64,000 nucleotides of DNA from Rhynchobatus australiae. Its lineage: Eukaryota. Position 1 is the stretch's first letter; each line of letters starts with the position of its first letter. The position numbers were made by a program, and so were the translations under genes. The stretch covers positions 26,479,134-26,543,133 of the forward strand of contig JAUZTB010000074.1 of NCBI GenBank assembly GCA_034780895.1. The letters are read 5' to 3'. Under the pieces are notes generated by a model. That model ran no database searches. It saw only the letters and a list, made by a program, of their open reading frames with translations, and was not told where the DNA came from. Below, one piece after another: positions 14,243-29,050 of this stretch.

Positions 14243-15246
14243 TAGGTTGCAAACTACAAATTGCTTCTGTGTCATTTTTTTTTCACGTCCTATTCATGAA
14301 AATTTAAATGTCAAATACAATATTTAAAATAGACCCGCAATAAATAGTTTTAGAATAATTTAAGAGAGATTCAGTGCAGTTGGATGTGAAGTAATCACGT
14401 CTATTAGATATTTGTAAATATTGGTGTTCCCTCTTTAAGACTATAATGGTATTTAATAGGTACGTTTGCAGCACATTATTGAAAGGCAATGACCAGCTCC
14501 AGCAAGCGGGAGTCTGCCTTCTCTTGACATTCGGTGGCATTGCTGCCACAGAGTCTACTATAGTCAATGTATTTGGGATTGCCATTGGCCAGGACATAAC
14601 AGGACCAGCCATATAAGCACTTGTGGCTATAAAAGAAGGTCAGAGATTTACCTCCTGATTCCCCAAGATTCTCGTCAGGCGCAACTCAGGAATGCCCTTG
14701 GCTGGATGAGTGCAGCTCAACAACAGTCAAGTAGCTCAGTAGCATCCAGATGGACAAAGCAACCAAATGTCCGTCCCTAAACATTCATCCTCTGCACCAG
14801 GGTAACCTGTGGCTGCAGTGTGTCACTGAACCTGATCTGGGACTCCCTAACCAACAACCCTGGACGTACCTTCAACACAAGGACAGCAGCAGTTCAGGAA
14901 GGGTAGTTCATTCCCACCTCTGTGCCCAGTTAGGAATTGGCAACAACTGTTGGCTTTGCCACCAATGCCCACATCTGTAAACAAATGAATAAATAGAAAT
15001 TAGTGGATGAACAATTACTATCTTTCTGATATCCCATTATCTTTACTACCATTATAACTCCGGTATTAAACTATTAGTTCAAAATGGGATAATAGTAGAG
15101 AAGTTCAAAATGGGTTAATAGTAGAGATATGTTAGTCAAGTGTGTTCTTTGTCCCATCAATATCACTGATACTAAATTCAAAGCTCTTGTCATGTGTAGC
15201 CACTGTCTGTGCTCTTAAGATCTTCTATTTATCTATATATTTGTAG

Positions 15247-15450
<204 letters not shown>

Positions 15451-16867
15451 TGAAACCTTCACAGAATTAAGAGCAATATATGTTTATTTTAATAATATGA
15501 CTACAAAGCTATGTGTGGAAATATTTAGTTTTGCACTTTAAGTGGAATGCTGTATTATTCTCAAGAATTACATACTCCTATTCAACATTCCCATTAATAT
15601 ATTGCTTTTAAGAGTTTCACCATTTATATCATTTTTGTTTTTCTTGGAGATTTGATTGAAATCTGAGACTAGAAGTGTGAAGTTTGATTTATTTATTAGC
15701 GTCACCTGAGCCAGGGGGTTGATTTACAGCCTTTAACTAGCTGGCAGGAGCCTCTTGCCTTCTGTAAATCCTAATTACCTATGCATCAATTATTTCCGAT
15801 TTTAAAGATTCGCAAGATAATTGAACGTCGGGTTCAAAATAATTCCTCTCTCTGTTTAAAGATTATTGGTTCCTGTCTTTTATGCAAGAAAAATCAATGT
15901 GAATTCACATCTTCACCTCTTCCCTCTGACCATGTCCTGCCTCAGCCCCAACTGGAAACTCTAAATGGAACTGACCCTGGGCCAGAGCACAGATAGAACA
16001 GCCAAAATCAAACCTTGATTCTGAAGTCTTTCCAACAAGAAACGTAATGTGGGAATGAGTGTAGGAAGAACAACAGACAAGTGCTTAATATAGTTGCACA
16101 TTGCCCACTTTACATTCACTCTGCTGACTGATTTCTTTTAAATGTGATCTGTCGATTCATATAGATGTTTAAACATTCATCCATCATCATAACAGGAATG
16201 TCTTGGACATTCAAATCTGCAGTGCTTTCCACAAACGTTATCAATGCACCATTCACCCTGACTTTAAAACAAGCTTCTCTGGTATCGAATATAAACACCA
16301 CAGTCAGAACACCCTTCAGCTTCCTCACCTCCAAGGATATAATTGAGAGGTGCCCAATCTGTCACCCGACCACAATTAAATATAGAAGCCTGGAAATCAG
16401 AGAGATTTGCACCCTACGTTTTATGCATAGATTTTTCCCAAAAGCTCCACATTTATTCCTGGGTAAAATTGTGAATGATGCAAGATTGGATGAGACATTT
16501 CAGTAACTACTCCAGTGCATTTGTCAGACGTGCATGGTTTGATGTCACTGCGCTCCTTACCTACTGGACCTCCCAGTGATGGACTACAAAACGATAGCCA
16601 CAAAACATCTGCTGAAGTCTGCAGTGCTGTGAATTAAAAGGTCTCCGTTCTGACATCGATCTGTGGCGCAGGGCATCTGCCGGCCTTATCCTGGAATGTA
16701 CAGGATGTCTGCAAGCTCATCATTGTTTGCTCCATGGATGATCACAGCCCTTTTATTTCATGCCTGTCAGTATAAAACACTGTGCATGAGTCATCTCAGC
16801 CCTGGGAGGGACCAGGGCCACCCGGCACATAGAGACACCGATGATAGGAGAAGAGGAGGCCATTCCG

Positions 16868-17120
16868 TAGAACCATAAAACAGTACAGCACAATACAGGC
16901 CCTTCGGCCCACAATGTTGTGCTGACCTTTCAACCTCACCTAAGACTATCTAACTCCTACTTCCCCCCATATCCCTCTATTTTAAATTCCTCCATATGCT
17001 TATCTAGTAATGTCTTGAACTTGACCAATGTACCTGCCTCCACCACTGCCCCAGGCAGCACATTCCATGCCCCAACCACTCTCTAGGTAAAAAACCTCCC
17101 TCTGATATCTCCCTTGAACT
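16868..17120 (-). mobile_element. CR1-like LINE 3' end
   Basis: tagaaccataaaacagtacagcac...ggcccttcggcccac; same family as 63830-63990. Confidence 0.85.
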
Positions 17121-17552
17121 NNNNNNNNNNNNNNNNNNNNNNNNNNNNNNNNNNNNNNNNNNNNNNNNNNNNNNNNNNNNNNNNNNNNNNNNNNNNNNNN
17201 NNNNNNNNNNNNNNNNNNNNCTATGTGATTCCATTTCAATGAAAAATTAAATGTGATGGAAAATTGAGAAGGTGCCTGTGATTTTCTTTTCTGATTCAGT
17301 GGTGCGTAGGGAACACAAACATGCAATATGCAACTAAATTCCAGTGCGGGGAGTGTATGTAAAAGCACGTCTGCTCGTGAGGCTCACTTGAAGGTCACCT
17401 GTTAACGTACCTGACTCCTCTCCACAGGATTCCACTCCCAACTCCACCTCGCCCAATAATCTGATGACCAAAGATTCTTTTACAACCCCCCCCACCTCCA
17501 TCATCAGCCCAAATTACCTTCTTTCTTTCTCCTTCAAGTCTCTGAGGGCTGA

Positions 17553-17942
<390 letters not shown>

Positions 17943-19979
17943 TAGGTTATATCCAATAGGGTGAACTGGTTATGTTTAGAAGGATGAGAGGTTATCTTAA
18001 GTTTCTTAGGGGACCAAACAGGTAAATACTCAGAGAATGCTTCCTTTTATGGGACAGTTCTGAACCAGAAGACAGAGTTTCAGAATATGCCATTTAAGAC
18101 CGAGATGAGGAAGAATCTCTTCTCCCAGAGGATTGAGTCATTGGTATGTGGAATCCAGCAATGATGTGTAAAGTATGCAGACCATTTAGAAACTCAGGGA
18201 AGTAAATACAAACAGTTACAAATCAATGTCCCAGTTCAGGATCCCTTAATCCGTGTGTCCTTGCTGCAGACTTTGCTCTTTGTTTTACTGGGAATGAACA
18301 ATGAAGGTGTTAGGTTGCACATTATAGCATCAATTTCTGTTGATAAGGTGGAAATGTGCGCCATGTGCATTGGTGATGTCATTGGCTGGGCAAGTGATAT
18401 CAGCTGAGCTAAAGCGAATCCTAGCCAGAAACTTCCAGTCCAATTCCACGATAGTCAGGAAGTGGTTTCCATTGTGTTAACATATGCAAAAAAATTGTTT
18501 TTATTCATGATTTGCACATAAAAGCGGATGCGTATGGGTCCAATTTCTCAGCTGTGAAATTTTGTCAAATCACTGGTTTCCTTTGTGGTGGAGACTGAAA
18601 GTGCCCCACCCCGTTAGAGGATCGCTTAATCATGGCAGGACCTTTGGGAATTCCGTGCGCGTGGAGTTCAGTGCAAGACCATGACGTTGCTGTCAGTTTG
18701 AAGGTGTAACGTCAGCAAACATTTTTCAGTATTACACAGCAGAATCTGCCCCATAAGTTTTAAACTGTACTCTCTGCCCATGAATCAATTACCAAAAAGA
18801 ACTTAAATATTTGTAACCTCCCCAAAATTATGAAGACTTCAGACTGTTCGTTCCCCCTAATCAGATCCATCATAGTATCTCTTATCAAAGTCTGTAATAC
18901 CTTAGCCATATTTGAAGTAAAGATCACAAGGCCTATAATTTATAGATGCCTCCGATTTAAGGTTGACATAGTTGCCTCTCTTCTGTGTCATCCTGTTCCA
19001 AGGAGCTTTGAAAGGTATCATGAAGAGGCCTGAGGTCTGCAAAGCCAATTCCACCCATGATCGTGCAGTCATCCTCACATTCAGCTTCTGAACTCTTCCC
19101 ATGTTTTGCCTTGTGTTGATGGGGTTTTTCAATCTGCTCCCTTCCTTATAAACCTTTCACCTTTAGAATCATCTCTTCCTTGTGAGGGTTCAGACCCAAA
19201 GTGAACCTTTGGTATTTCAGCTAGTTTGATACACACGTAGAAAGAAAGAGAGAGAGGGAGGGAGAGAGAGAGACTTCCCCACCCCAATGGTTCTGGTAAA
19301 CGGTCCTCTGTCTCTCCAGACCCTTCCCTGGTTCCGAAGAAAGTTGCCAACACCTCATAAGCTTTAGTAGTGTGTCCTGCTTTATTCTCATTTTCTCCCC
19401 TTTGTGTCTCAGACAAGGTTCTTGACCACTTGATCCCCATATAAAAATTCAAGTTTTATTATGTGGGTTGTAAGTCCCTTGAATAAATATTTCAAAACAT
19501 GGATTTTTATTTATTAAAATATTCGGCTTTTTCGCTGATCTAATGTATTTGTTCAAGGTTTGCTTTCCATTCTAAAATATTTCAAGTAGTCATTAAAAAT
19601 TATCTATTTGCTTTCCTGGTTTGCTGNNNNNNNNNNTGATTGGTTGGTCAGGCAGCTTGATGACATCACAGCTGCTGGGTGTCAGGGATGCTGTTGAACT
19701 GAAGGCTCATGGTAACCAGCATTGGAAGGGAGAGAAGTCTGTGCCACGGAGATCGCTGAATCCTACTGGGCAGCTTTTTTCACAATGGACAGCAATGATC
19801 AAAAGAAAATAGGAAATGTTGGCTTTACTTGATAAAAGGTTAAAAGAATTGTGAAATACGTTACTAAAAAAATTTTAAAAGTTGGTAGATTCATTTTTAA
19901 AACCAGAATGCCTGGATGAATTCCTGTTAACATTCCACAGTTTCATGAACAAGTTCTGCCCAATTCGGCATTGAGCTAG

Positions 19980-20360
<381 letters not shown>

Positions 20361-22019
20361 TAGAGTTAGTAATGCGGCTCTGTGGTTGGATTCACGTGCT
20401 GAGAAGTCAGAAGGTCTACGTTGGCCACCATACCACCAGGGCTGCACAACATGGAACCGAAGCCGAGAGTGACAACAGGTTTGGGCTTTCAAGCCAGTAA
20501 GAAAAATTTCAATGACTTGATAGTGATGTGTTAGAAGGGCTTTGCTGTCAATGGGCTCGGTCGAGACTTTCTAAACTCACCTCCAAAACCGATGAGGAAT
20601 ATCATACAGAGCTACAGATTCGTTTTCATCATTAGTTATACATGGAATCTGTAGCACCTGTGTCAGTGACAGAGCTAACTTCTCCTTATATGGGCCCACT
20701 GTTGCAGTAGCACTTTTCTAATTAATTTCTTTGAGCAGCTGTGAGAGCTCAACCGACCTTAATTTTAGGGATGTGGGGGTTTTAGGGAGGAGATGACCGA
20801 CAGCCCTCAAACCCCAGACAGTGCTGTCTAAGTACACGTTGTCCCCGGGTTGCAACAGGGTTCCGTCCTTGTGGACTGTTCGTGACCTGAACAGTTTGCA
20901 AATCGGAAATGTGGCCGCAAACCAAGTTCCCAGGCGGCAGGAGATGCCTGCAGCCCTGCAGCAGCTGGCAAATTCATCCCACCGGTCTCCCCAACACTCC
21001 TCCGTATGTACGGGCTGTACTTAATCTGAGGAGGACCTGTCCAATGGTTTCACTGAGAAAATAGCATCACCTGATGCAGAACTGAGCTGCTTATGAAGCA
21101 GTTGACAGTGTGAAGAGGACTGGCCTTGTGTGACCCTCCATACAGAGTGTATCAAATCGACAGTGTGCTCCATTCCAAACTCCTGTTTCCCAAGGAAACT
21201 TCCAATCTGTAGCTCCAAGAGGAGTGGAGCCCAGCCCTGTTGGCTACATGCATATGAGCTCTAACCTGATGGAGGATCCCACTTCCTTCATTTTTCCAGG
21301 ACCCCAAAATCCATGGAATTCTTTGCCTACATTCAGCAGCAGGCTTTCAAATTCCAAGCTTGTCATTGCCTACTTAATCCCTTGTTTCCAAAAGAGTTTA
21401 CAGCCTCACTGCTAATCTGCATGGAGTCTTTAGACTGCTCCCTGCATCTGTGAGTCAAAACAAAATGCAACTGAAACAATAGCTATTGACAAGTTATTCG
21501 ATGGTGTTGTTAACATTAGAAGATTTCCCTCTGGTTACTCATGGTAAGTGGCTATTGTTTTAATAGGTTGAATAGATGGTCCAATTAACTAATTAATTTG
21601 TTGACAATATGTACTGCAGAGAGTACGTTCCAGGGAAAGGTTAAAAATTGTTGAGGAAAGGTTGCATGATTTACAAAGCACTGAGGCTTGCAGGCAGAAT
21701 TCCCGAACTGTTGTGCAATTGGTTTTACAATTAGACCGATAGTGATGCCCCAATTTTTGGGAAACGTTCTCAATTTAGATTAGCCGGGCTAGAAATTGCA
21801 GCTATAAGCAGTAAATCTGTAAATATCTGTACCACAGATTGTTTCTCATTGCAATGTAAGTCCCTGATCACGTGGATAAGCTTTCTGTCCCGATCTGTCA
21901 AAATCTGTCGCTGGGCTCGGCTCCAATTGGTATCCAGTGGTGAAACCCAATTCTGCACAGACTCCCCCGCGTTACTTTGTGGAGTCTGTGACTCCAATGA
22001 GACTCCATTTACCTCAATA

Positions 22020-23236
22020 TTAATGATTTAGATGAGAATGTTGTAAACTGGATCAGCAAATTTGCTGATGACACCAAGATTGAGGGTGCAGTGAACAGCG
22101 AGGAAGGCTATCAAAGCTGATCTTGACCAGCTTGGAAAATGGCCTGAAAACTGGCGGATGGAATTTAATGCAGACAAGTGTGAGGTGTTGCACTTTGGGA
22201 AGACAAATCAGGGTAAGATGTACACAATGAATGGTAAGGCTGTTGAGGTGTGAGGTAGAAGAAAGGGGCCTGGGAATATAGATCCATAGTGCCATGAAAG
22301 TGGCATCACCAGTAGATAGGGTCAGAAAGAGCTTTTGGCACTTTGACCTTCATAAATCAGGGTATTGACCTACAGGAGTTGGGATGTTATGTTGAAGTTG
22401 TACAAGACGTTGGTGAGGCTAAATTTAGAGTATTGTGTGCATTTCTGGTCACCTACCTACAGGAAAGACATCAGTAAGCTTGAAAGAGTGCAGAGAAAAT
22501 TTACAAGGATGTTGCCGGGACTTGAGGACCTGAGTCACATGGAAAGGTTGAACAGGTTCGGACTTTATTCCCTGGGAGCTCAGGAGAATGAGNNNNNNNN
22601 NNNNNNNNNNNNNNNNNNNNNNNNNNNNNNNNNNNNNNNNNNNNNNNNNNNNNNNNNNNNNNNNNNNNNNNNNNNNNNNNNNNNNNNNNNNNNNNNNNNN
22701 NNNNNNNNNNNNNNNNNNNNNNNNNNNNNNNNNNNNNNNNNNNNNNNNNNNNNNNNNNNNNNNNNNNNNNNNNNNNNNNNNNNNNNNNNNNNNNNNNNNN
22801 NNNNNNNNNNNNNNNNNNNNNNNNNNNNNNNNNNNNNNNNNNNNNNNNNNNNNNNNNNNNNNNNNNNNNNNNNNNNNNNNNNNNNNNNNNNNNNNNNNNN
22901 NNNNNNNNNNNNNNNNNNNNNNNNNNNNNNNNNNNNNNNNNNNNNNNNNNNNNNNNNNNNNNNNNNNNNNNNNNNNNNNNNNNNNNNNNNNNNNNNNNNN
23001 NNNNNNNNNNNNNNNNNNNNNNNNNNNNNNNNNNNNNNNNNNNNNNNNNNNNNNNNNNNNNNNNNNNNNNNNNNNNCATTTAAGAGAGGTTTGGATAGGT
23101 CCATGGATGGGAGGGGTTTGGAGGGATATGGTCCGGGTGCAGGTAGATGGGACCTGGCAGAAGATCAGGTCAGCATGGACCAGATGGGACGAAGGGCCTA
23201 TTTCTGTGCTGTAGTGCTCTCTGCCTCTTATGACTC
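22020..23236 (+). mobile_element. CR1-like LINE 3' part (RT, gapped)
   Basis: ISKFADDTK motif at about 22052; YRSWDVMLKLYKTLVRLNLEYCVHFWSPTYRKDISKLERVQRKFTRMLPG. Confidence 0.92.
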
Positions 23237-23919
23237 TAATAAGAAAACTCAGCCTGCAGAATAGGGATGGTAATTTTCTAATTATTTTAGCTTAATTTGT
23301 GTCATTAATTTCAATTAGCTTTTTAATTGTGTATGTTTTTATTTTCTGAAATTATTTTATCACTTCATAGTTTATAAATATTTCTCAATATTAGAAGCAA
23401 TTAAAAGATTTTGCACATCATTGACAACTTTATCAGATGGACAATCGTAATAAGTTTCAGTGCCAATAAAAATAACTTGGGGCCTTTGGCACAATCCTTA
23501 ACATCTTAGTTTGCCCCTTCACACTTCCATTCCCCGACAGCTATCTGTGGCTCTCTGACTGAGATGACCCACATGATCAGTGCCCCTGCAGGGATCTGGT
23601 TTGGTGGGCCGGCTCCAGATGTTAACGGACCCCTCTCCTGTTGCGGAAGTTGGAAGTGCGAGGAGAGCTGGGGAATCAGGGAAGCACACAGGCTTTGGCC
23701 ATGAGTGCTGCGATAATATTGGTCACCAGACACACTCGTGTCCCTACATTGGGGCCCGGGAGGACAGTGCAAGCTCTCTCCACATCCGATGCAGGTGATC
23801 AATGCGGATATCTCCCCCTTCCAATGCAGCTGCCTAAAGAGGCAATGTGACCTTTCTGGGAGTAACATGGAGGGTGTAAGAAGTGGTTTGGTGCACTTGG
23901 TTTCTGTAGGTGACAGGAA

Positions 23920-24255
23920 TTCTCGTAGAGTCATACTGCACCAAAAGAGGCCCTTCAGCCCACTATCAACCACCCATTTATGTTAATCCTTTTTTTTTAC
24001 TGTCCCCACATTCTCACCAACTTCCCCCAGATTCTGCCACTCACTACACACTCGGGGCAATTTACTGGGGCCAATTATCCGACCAACCCACAAGTCTCTG
24101 GGGTGTGGGAGGAAGCTGGAGCACCCAAAGGAAACCCCCACTGTCAGGGAGAAGGTGCAGACTCCACACTGAAGGCACCTGAGGTCAGGATTGAACCCGG
24201 GTGGGTGTCCGGGTGCACTGTGAGGCAGTGGCCCCACTCGCTGCACCACTGTGCT
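23920..24255 (-). mobile_element. V-domain (HE1-like) SINE
   Basis: Reverse complement of the tRNA-like head (gggttcaatcc) and V core (tgtgggaggaag...ggaaacc). Confidence 0.75.
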
Positions 24256-24568
24256 GTCAGTTTTGCATTAACTGCATCAAATTCCGTTTGTCGCATTGTC
24301 TTTCTATTCACTCGGAAGGGATATGAGATGGTTTGCTTTTGTATAGAGCAGTAAATAATGGGAAACATTTGTTTTATCTGTCAGCTTCATTTTTCGAGGA
24401 GTAAGTTTGAGGAACCAGATATCTGGTTTTGTCCTTTAATCATGGATCGGGATAAGTTCTTCTGGCATGAACTCTGTTGTGACCATTAGCGGAAACACCA
24501 CTATTCCTTGCAAGACATGCGAATGGGAAAGTAGAGTTCAAATCATTCAAACTTCCCTTCCCGTCCAG

Positions 24569-24654
24569 GTGTCCTACAACGTGGAGGGATTCTGTGAGCG
24601 GAATCGAGACGTCCTTTTCACCGACCTCATCGAACTCATGCAGAGCAGTGAGCT
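24569..24654 (+). CDS. MYO1E: Myosin IE exon 15
   Basis: tccag|GTG...GAG CT|gtaagt, 86 nt; [28 protein letters not shown](L). Confidence 0.96.
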
Positions 24655-24762
24655 GTAAGTGGAAGAGAAGCTGCTTCAGAGTGACCGTGACGTGTTTTGA
24701 GCTGATTGTGTGTAAGAGTTTGCTTTGCTTGCATGTTAATTCAATTTGTTGCTGCTCCACAG

Positions 24763-24844
24763 CCCTTTTATTCGTGCACTTTTCCCTGAAAGTCTGCAAG
24801 CTGAAAAGAAAGGTCGTCCCACAACAGCCGGCAGCAAAATTAAG
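24763..24844 (+). CDS. MYO1E: Myosin IE exon 16
   Basis: cacag|C CCT...AAG|gtattt, 82 nt, after a 108-nt intron; [27 protein letters not shown]. Confidence 0.96.
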
Positions 24845-24849
24845 GTATT

Positions 24850-26120
24850 TTCAGCCTTCTCTTGGGTGGTCCCTTGGGTTGAGGATGGGTTCTGAGGTGA
24901 CTGATAAGCCCAATGTGGGACTCTGCCACAGGTGGGGAGGTTGTTGCTTCATGGGGCAAGTGGATGCTTGGGGGCACTCCTACCGCCATTTATGCTGGGC
25001 TTCTGTGTGCTTTGATAAATGGACAAGGTTCTCAATGATATCCCGAAAGCTTTCTCCACTTCGAGTGGTCAAGGACGAGAGATTCCCAGGAGTTTTGTAG
25101 AGATGTTCCACGCTTCCAAGGAGGCTTTTGGATCATCCTGGAATCATTTCCTCTCTCCACCTGGTAATATTGTGGGCAGTGGAGCTCAGAATAGTCTGGT
25201 GTTGGGCATGTGAACAATATGAGCTGCCCATCAGAGCCAACAGCATGACCAGGGTCTTGTTTCTAGACGTTTCGGTGAGGGGGAGGGTGCTGAGGTTGTT
25301 TTGCTTATCCTGCCAATAGATTTGGAGATTTTTAATTTGGAGCCAACATTGGTGTTTATCTCTTCAGTGCTTCAAGGTATCTACTGTAATTGGTCCATAT
25401 TTCAGAAAGCGATCACTGCTGCTCATAAGTTTGGTGTTGGTGTGAGGTCTTGATCTTCAGTCTTTTCTTCAGGTTGCCAAAAGCTGTCCTCATGCAGCGA
25501 AGGCAACAGTGAACTCCATTAAAGTTATCTGCTTTCAAAAAGAAATGGCTCCCGAGATATGGGAAGTGGTCCACTTTTACCAGGGCCGCATCACAGATCT
25601 GTAGTGTTGGAGCTTGGTGTTGTATGGAAGGACAGGTTGATAAAGGACCTTTGTTTTGTGGACGTTTAGTGTAAGGTTCATTCACTAAAGTTCTTCTTTG
25701 AACAAGCCAGGGATGACTTGGAGCTTGGCCTCTGACCACGCAAGTATCATCTACACACTTCAGTTCATTTATTAAGGTGGCAGTAAGATTGGTTCTGGAG
25801 TGGAGACAATATAGGTTGAACCATTTCCGATTTGTCCTGAGGATTACCTTCCACTCCAGCACGAAGCCTGTTGGAGGTGAGGTTCAACGTTGTGATCAGA
25901 AGCATTGAGAAGATTGTTGGGATCAGGAGGCAGCCTTTCCTGGGCTTAGACTTATTACTGCTCCGTTAGCTCAGATCACAGTTTTCATCCAGTCACGTAG
26001 CAGATGTAAGATAGAGGTGAGTTTCTGCAGCCACATTTGAGGAGACGGTCCACTATCCCTCCTTGGGGTTTCCGTTTTAAGGGTTAATTGGGAGCAGGTG
26101 GAGAATAGAGGTGGTGCGGA
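24850..26120 (-). mobile_element. RTE-clade LINE, 3' half (RT domain to 3' end), degraded
   Basis: Minus-strand remnants KLTSILHLLRDWM, LINELKCVDDTCV (YADD region), KVDHFPYLGSH, RTAFGNLKKR. Confidence 0.75.
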
Positions 26121-26899
26121 GGGGAANNNNNNNNNNNNNNNNNNNNNNNNNNNNNNNNNNNNNNNNNNNNNNNNNNNNNNNNNNNNNNNNNNNNNNNNNN
26201 NNNNNNNNNNNNNNNNNNNNNNNNNNNNNNNNNNNNNNNNNNNNNNNNNNNNNNNNNNNNNNNNNNNNNNNNNNNNNNNNNNNNNNNNNNNNNNNNNNNN
26301 NNNNNNNNNNNNNNNNNNNNNNNNNNNNNNNNNNNNNNNNNNNNNNNNNNNNNNNNNNNNNNNNNNNNNNNNNNNNNNNNNNNNNNNNNNNNNNNNNNNN
26401 NNNNNNNNNNNNNNNNNNNNNNNNNNNNNNNNNNNNNNNNNNNNNNNNNNNNNNNNNNNNNNNNNNNNNNNNNNNNNNNNNNNNNNNNNNNNNNNNNNNN
26501 NNNNNNNNNNNNNNNNNNNNNNNNNNNNNNNNNNNNNNNNNNNNNNNNNNNNNNNNNNNNNNNNNNNNNNNNNNNNNNNNNNNNNNNNNNNNNNNNNNNA
26601 CGGGGGGGAAGGGTATGGGGGTGAGGGGGAGGGAAAGCATGAAGGAGGCAGTGGGCGAGGACCTTTGAGCTTGTGCCAGCCCGTGTGTTTGAGTGCGTGG
26701 GTACTGACGTGGCCCCATGTGTATGTGCCAGCCCTTGGACCCAGTTCTCTTGGCCCTTTTGCCACTGGAGCAATGCCTTGCTCTGTAAAGCCTGTGTGGT
26801 AACTGATGTGTAACAGCCAGCCCACAATAAGTCATGGGCAGGCAGCTCGCAGTTCTCTGAGAAGCCTCGTGACGGTCCCAGCAGTGACAGCCCTGATCA

Positions 26900-29050
26900 T
26901 TGTTCCACCACTGCAGCCCAGGAGCTTGACACTTTGACACTGGTGTCACTGTCCTGAGTGAGACATGATGGCTGGGAGACGGCCAACTCAAAACACAAAG
27001 CAATGGGGACCTCTTCATCTGGACGATGAATGCTGTCTTGATAGGGCATGGTTTGCCATCAAGAATGAGGTTGTCTGGTATCTCAGTAACCCCCCCTCCG
27101 TGGGCCATCAGAATATCTGATGACCCTCCAGCTCACTCCCTATGTGAAGCCAGCACACTGCAGTCATCAACACAGAAGCCCTGATCCTGGAAACTCTGGA
27201 TGCGGCCACAGAAAGCCTCTGTTCTGGCTGTGGAAATTGTCCTGGCCTACTGCTTGGAGCAAAGCAAATTGATCCTCTTGAGTGTGTTCAATGCCAGCGT
27301 CGGGAAAGACCTAATCCTCTGACAAGGTTTGCTTGCCAAGAAGGGATAAGACAAAGCTAACTCCAACAGATCCATGCTAGGAGCATGGTCTTGAGATAGC
27401 TAACCTGTTTCTAAAGAGGGACAAGTACAAGACCTTCTAGCATTGTCCTCAATCAGAGCCCTGCCCCTGTTAAACTGTGTCATCACTAAGAAATGGCAAG
27501 GGTGTGCACATTCACACATCACAACTGATCCCGATGACAGTTGGACAGATCACCACCCAGTCCACCGTTATCTCCACCACGCTGGCCCAAAACACCAGTA
27601 GCAACAGAAACACCACAACAAGAAATCATTGTCGAAGGTGTCAGGAACCCCACAGGGAAATGTTTTCTCAGGTAGGCAAAGATGCTGACCTCTACCACCA
27701 GGACACGGCATCCACAGCACTGACCTACCACCAGGACACGGTGTCCACAGCACTGACCTACCACCAGGACACGGCGTCCACAGCACTGACCTACTACCAG
27801 GACACGGCGTCCACAGCCCTGACCTACCACCAGGACACGGCGTCCACAGCCCTGACCTACCACCANNNNNNNNNNNNNNNNNNNNNNNNNNNNNNNNNNN
27901 NNNNNNNNNNNNNNNNNNNNNNNNNNNNNNNNNNNNNNNNNNNNNNNNNNNNNNNNNNNNNNNNNACCTACCACCAGGACACGGCGTCCACAGCCCTGAC
28001 CTACCACCAGGACAAGGTACCCACAGCCCTGACCTACCACCAGGACACGGCGTCCACAGCCCTGACCTACCACCAGGACAAGGTACCCACAGCCCTGACC
28101 TACCACCAGGACACGGCGTCCACAGCCCTGACCTACCACCAGGACAAGGTACCCACAGCCCTGACCTACCACCACGACACTGTCCACAGCCCTGACGTCC
28201 TAACATCCTCCATAATTACCAACTGTGAAGAGGTTCTTGGCTTCTCCACCAGCAAACAACCAGGCTCATTTGATGAGAAAGACATGGAGATCCTAGAGCC
28301 GAATACCACAAATACAAGGCATTCCTGGACTGAAACCCCCACCATGCCTCAAGAGAAGAGGAACAGCTCCATATGCCCCTGAAGGCTGAGGTCCAACTGA
28401 AAGAACAGGTGGTGGGTGGATGTGGGAGATCCAGCAGCTCACAACGTGTGCAGAACTCTTCAGTGCTCTCGAGGCCATTGATGGCCCAAACACACAAGGG
28501 CCTTCCCCTTGAGAGCCAAGAACAGAGGGTGTTTTGTTGAGGCAGAGAAGTAGTCACTGCCCACAAGCAGGAGCACTTCAACAAACTCCTCAAATGTGCC
28601 TCAGCCCTTGAGCTGGTCACCATTCCACACCATTCTATCTAGTTCAGCCTTACCCTACCCCTGAACAACAAGAATTGGCAAAGGCCATCGCCAGCTGACA
28701 ACTAATAAGGCCTTGGGAGCAGACGGTATCCCAGTGGACATTGGCGGAGATGTTCTTCAGTCACAAACTCTCAGCCACCTCTCCTACATCTGTGAGGTGG
28801 AGGATGTGCCAGGAATTCTGCAAACTGCCATAATCCTGACCACCTTCAAGAAAGAGACAAGTCTGCCTACAGGAACTACAGAGGGGTCTCCCAGCCGCCT
28901 GCCAGAGGGAAAGTCATTACCTACAGCCACTGCCCAGAAGGCAATGAGCAGCTCCCCAGATGACAGCCTGGATTCCGACCATCTCGAGGACCAACGGACG
29001 TGATCTTCGCCACCCAACAACTCCAAGAGCAATGCAGGGAGCAGCAGGGG
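26900..29050 (+). mobile_element. RTE-clade LINE, 5' half (endonuclease to start of RT), degraded
   Basis: CEEVLGFSTSKQPGSFDEKDMEI, GADGIP, TAIILTTFKK, (V/M)IFATQQLQEQCREQ remnants. Confidence 0.75.
27685..28196. repeat. 33-bp minisatellite (ctgacctaccaccaggacacggcgtccacagcc), interrupted by a 100-N gap
   Basis: About 12 visible copies with no unique spacers. Confidence 0.95.

Noticed and set aside
21956-21990. 10-bp inverted repeat cacagactcc/ggagtctgtg
   Set aside because: Short and isolated, compatible with chance or degraded repeat sequence.
22365-23264. Long ORFs in the track (also 25971-27108, 44336-44994, 62737-63352)
   Set aside because: Their length comes from N runs; the real parts are LINE or Penelope fragments.
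27685-28196. 33-bp repeat as a CRISPR array or a repeat-protein gene (301-aa ORF)
   Set aside because: Head-to-tail units without unique spacers, no cas genes, eukaryotic intron; the ORF results from a stop-free 33-mer plus an N gap inside a dead LINE.
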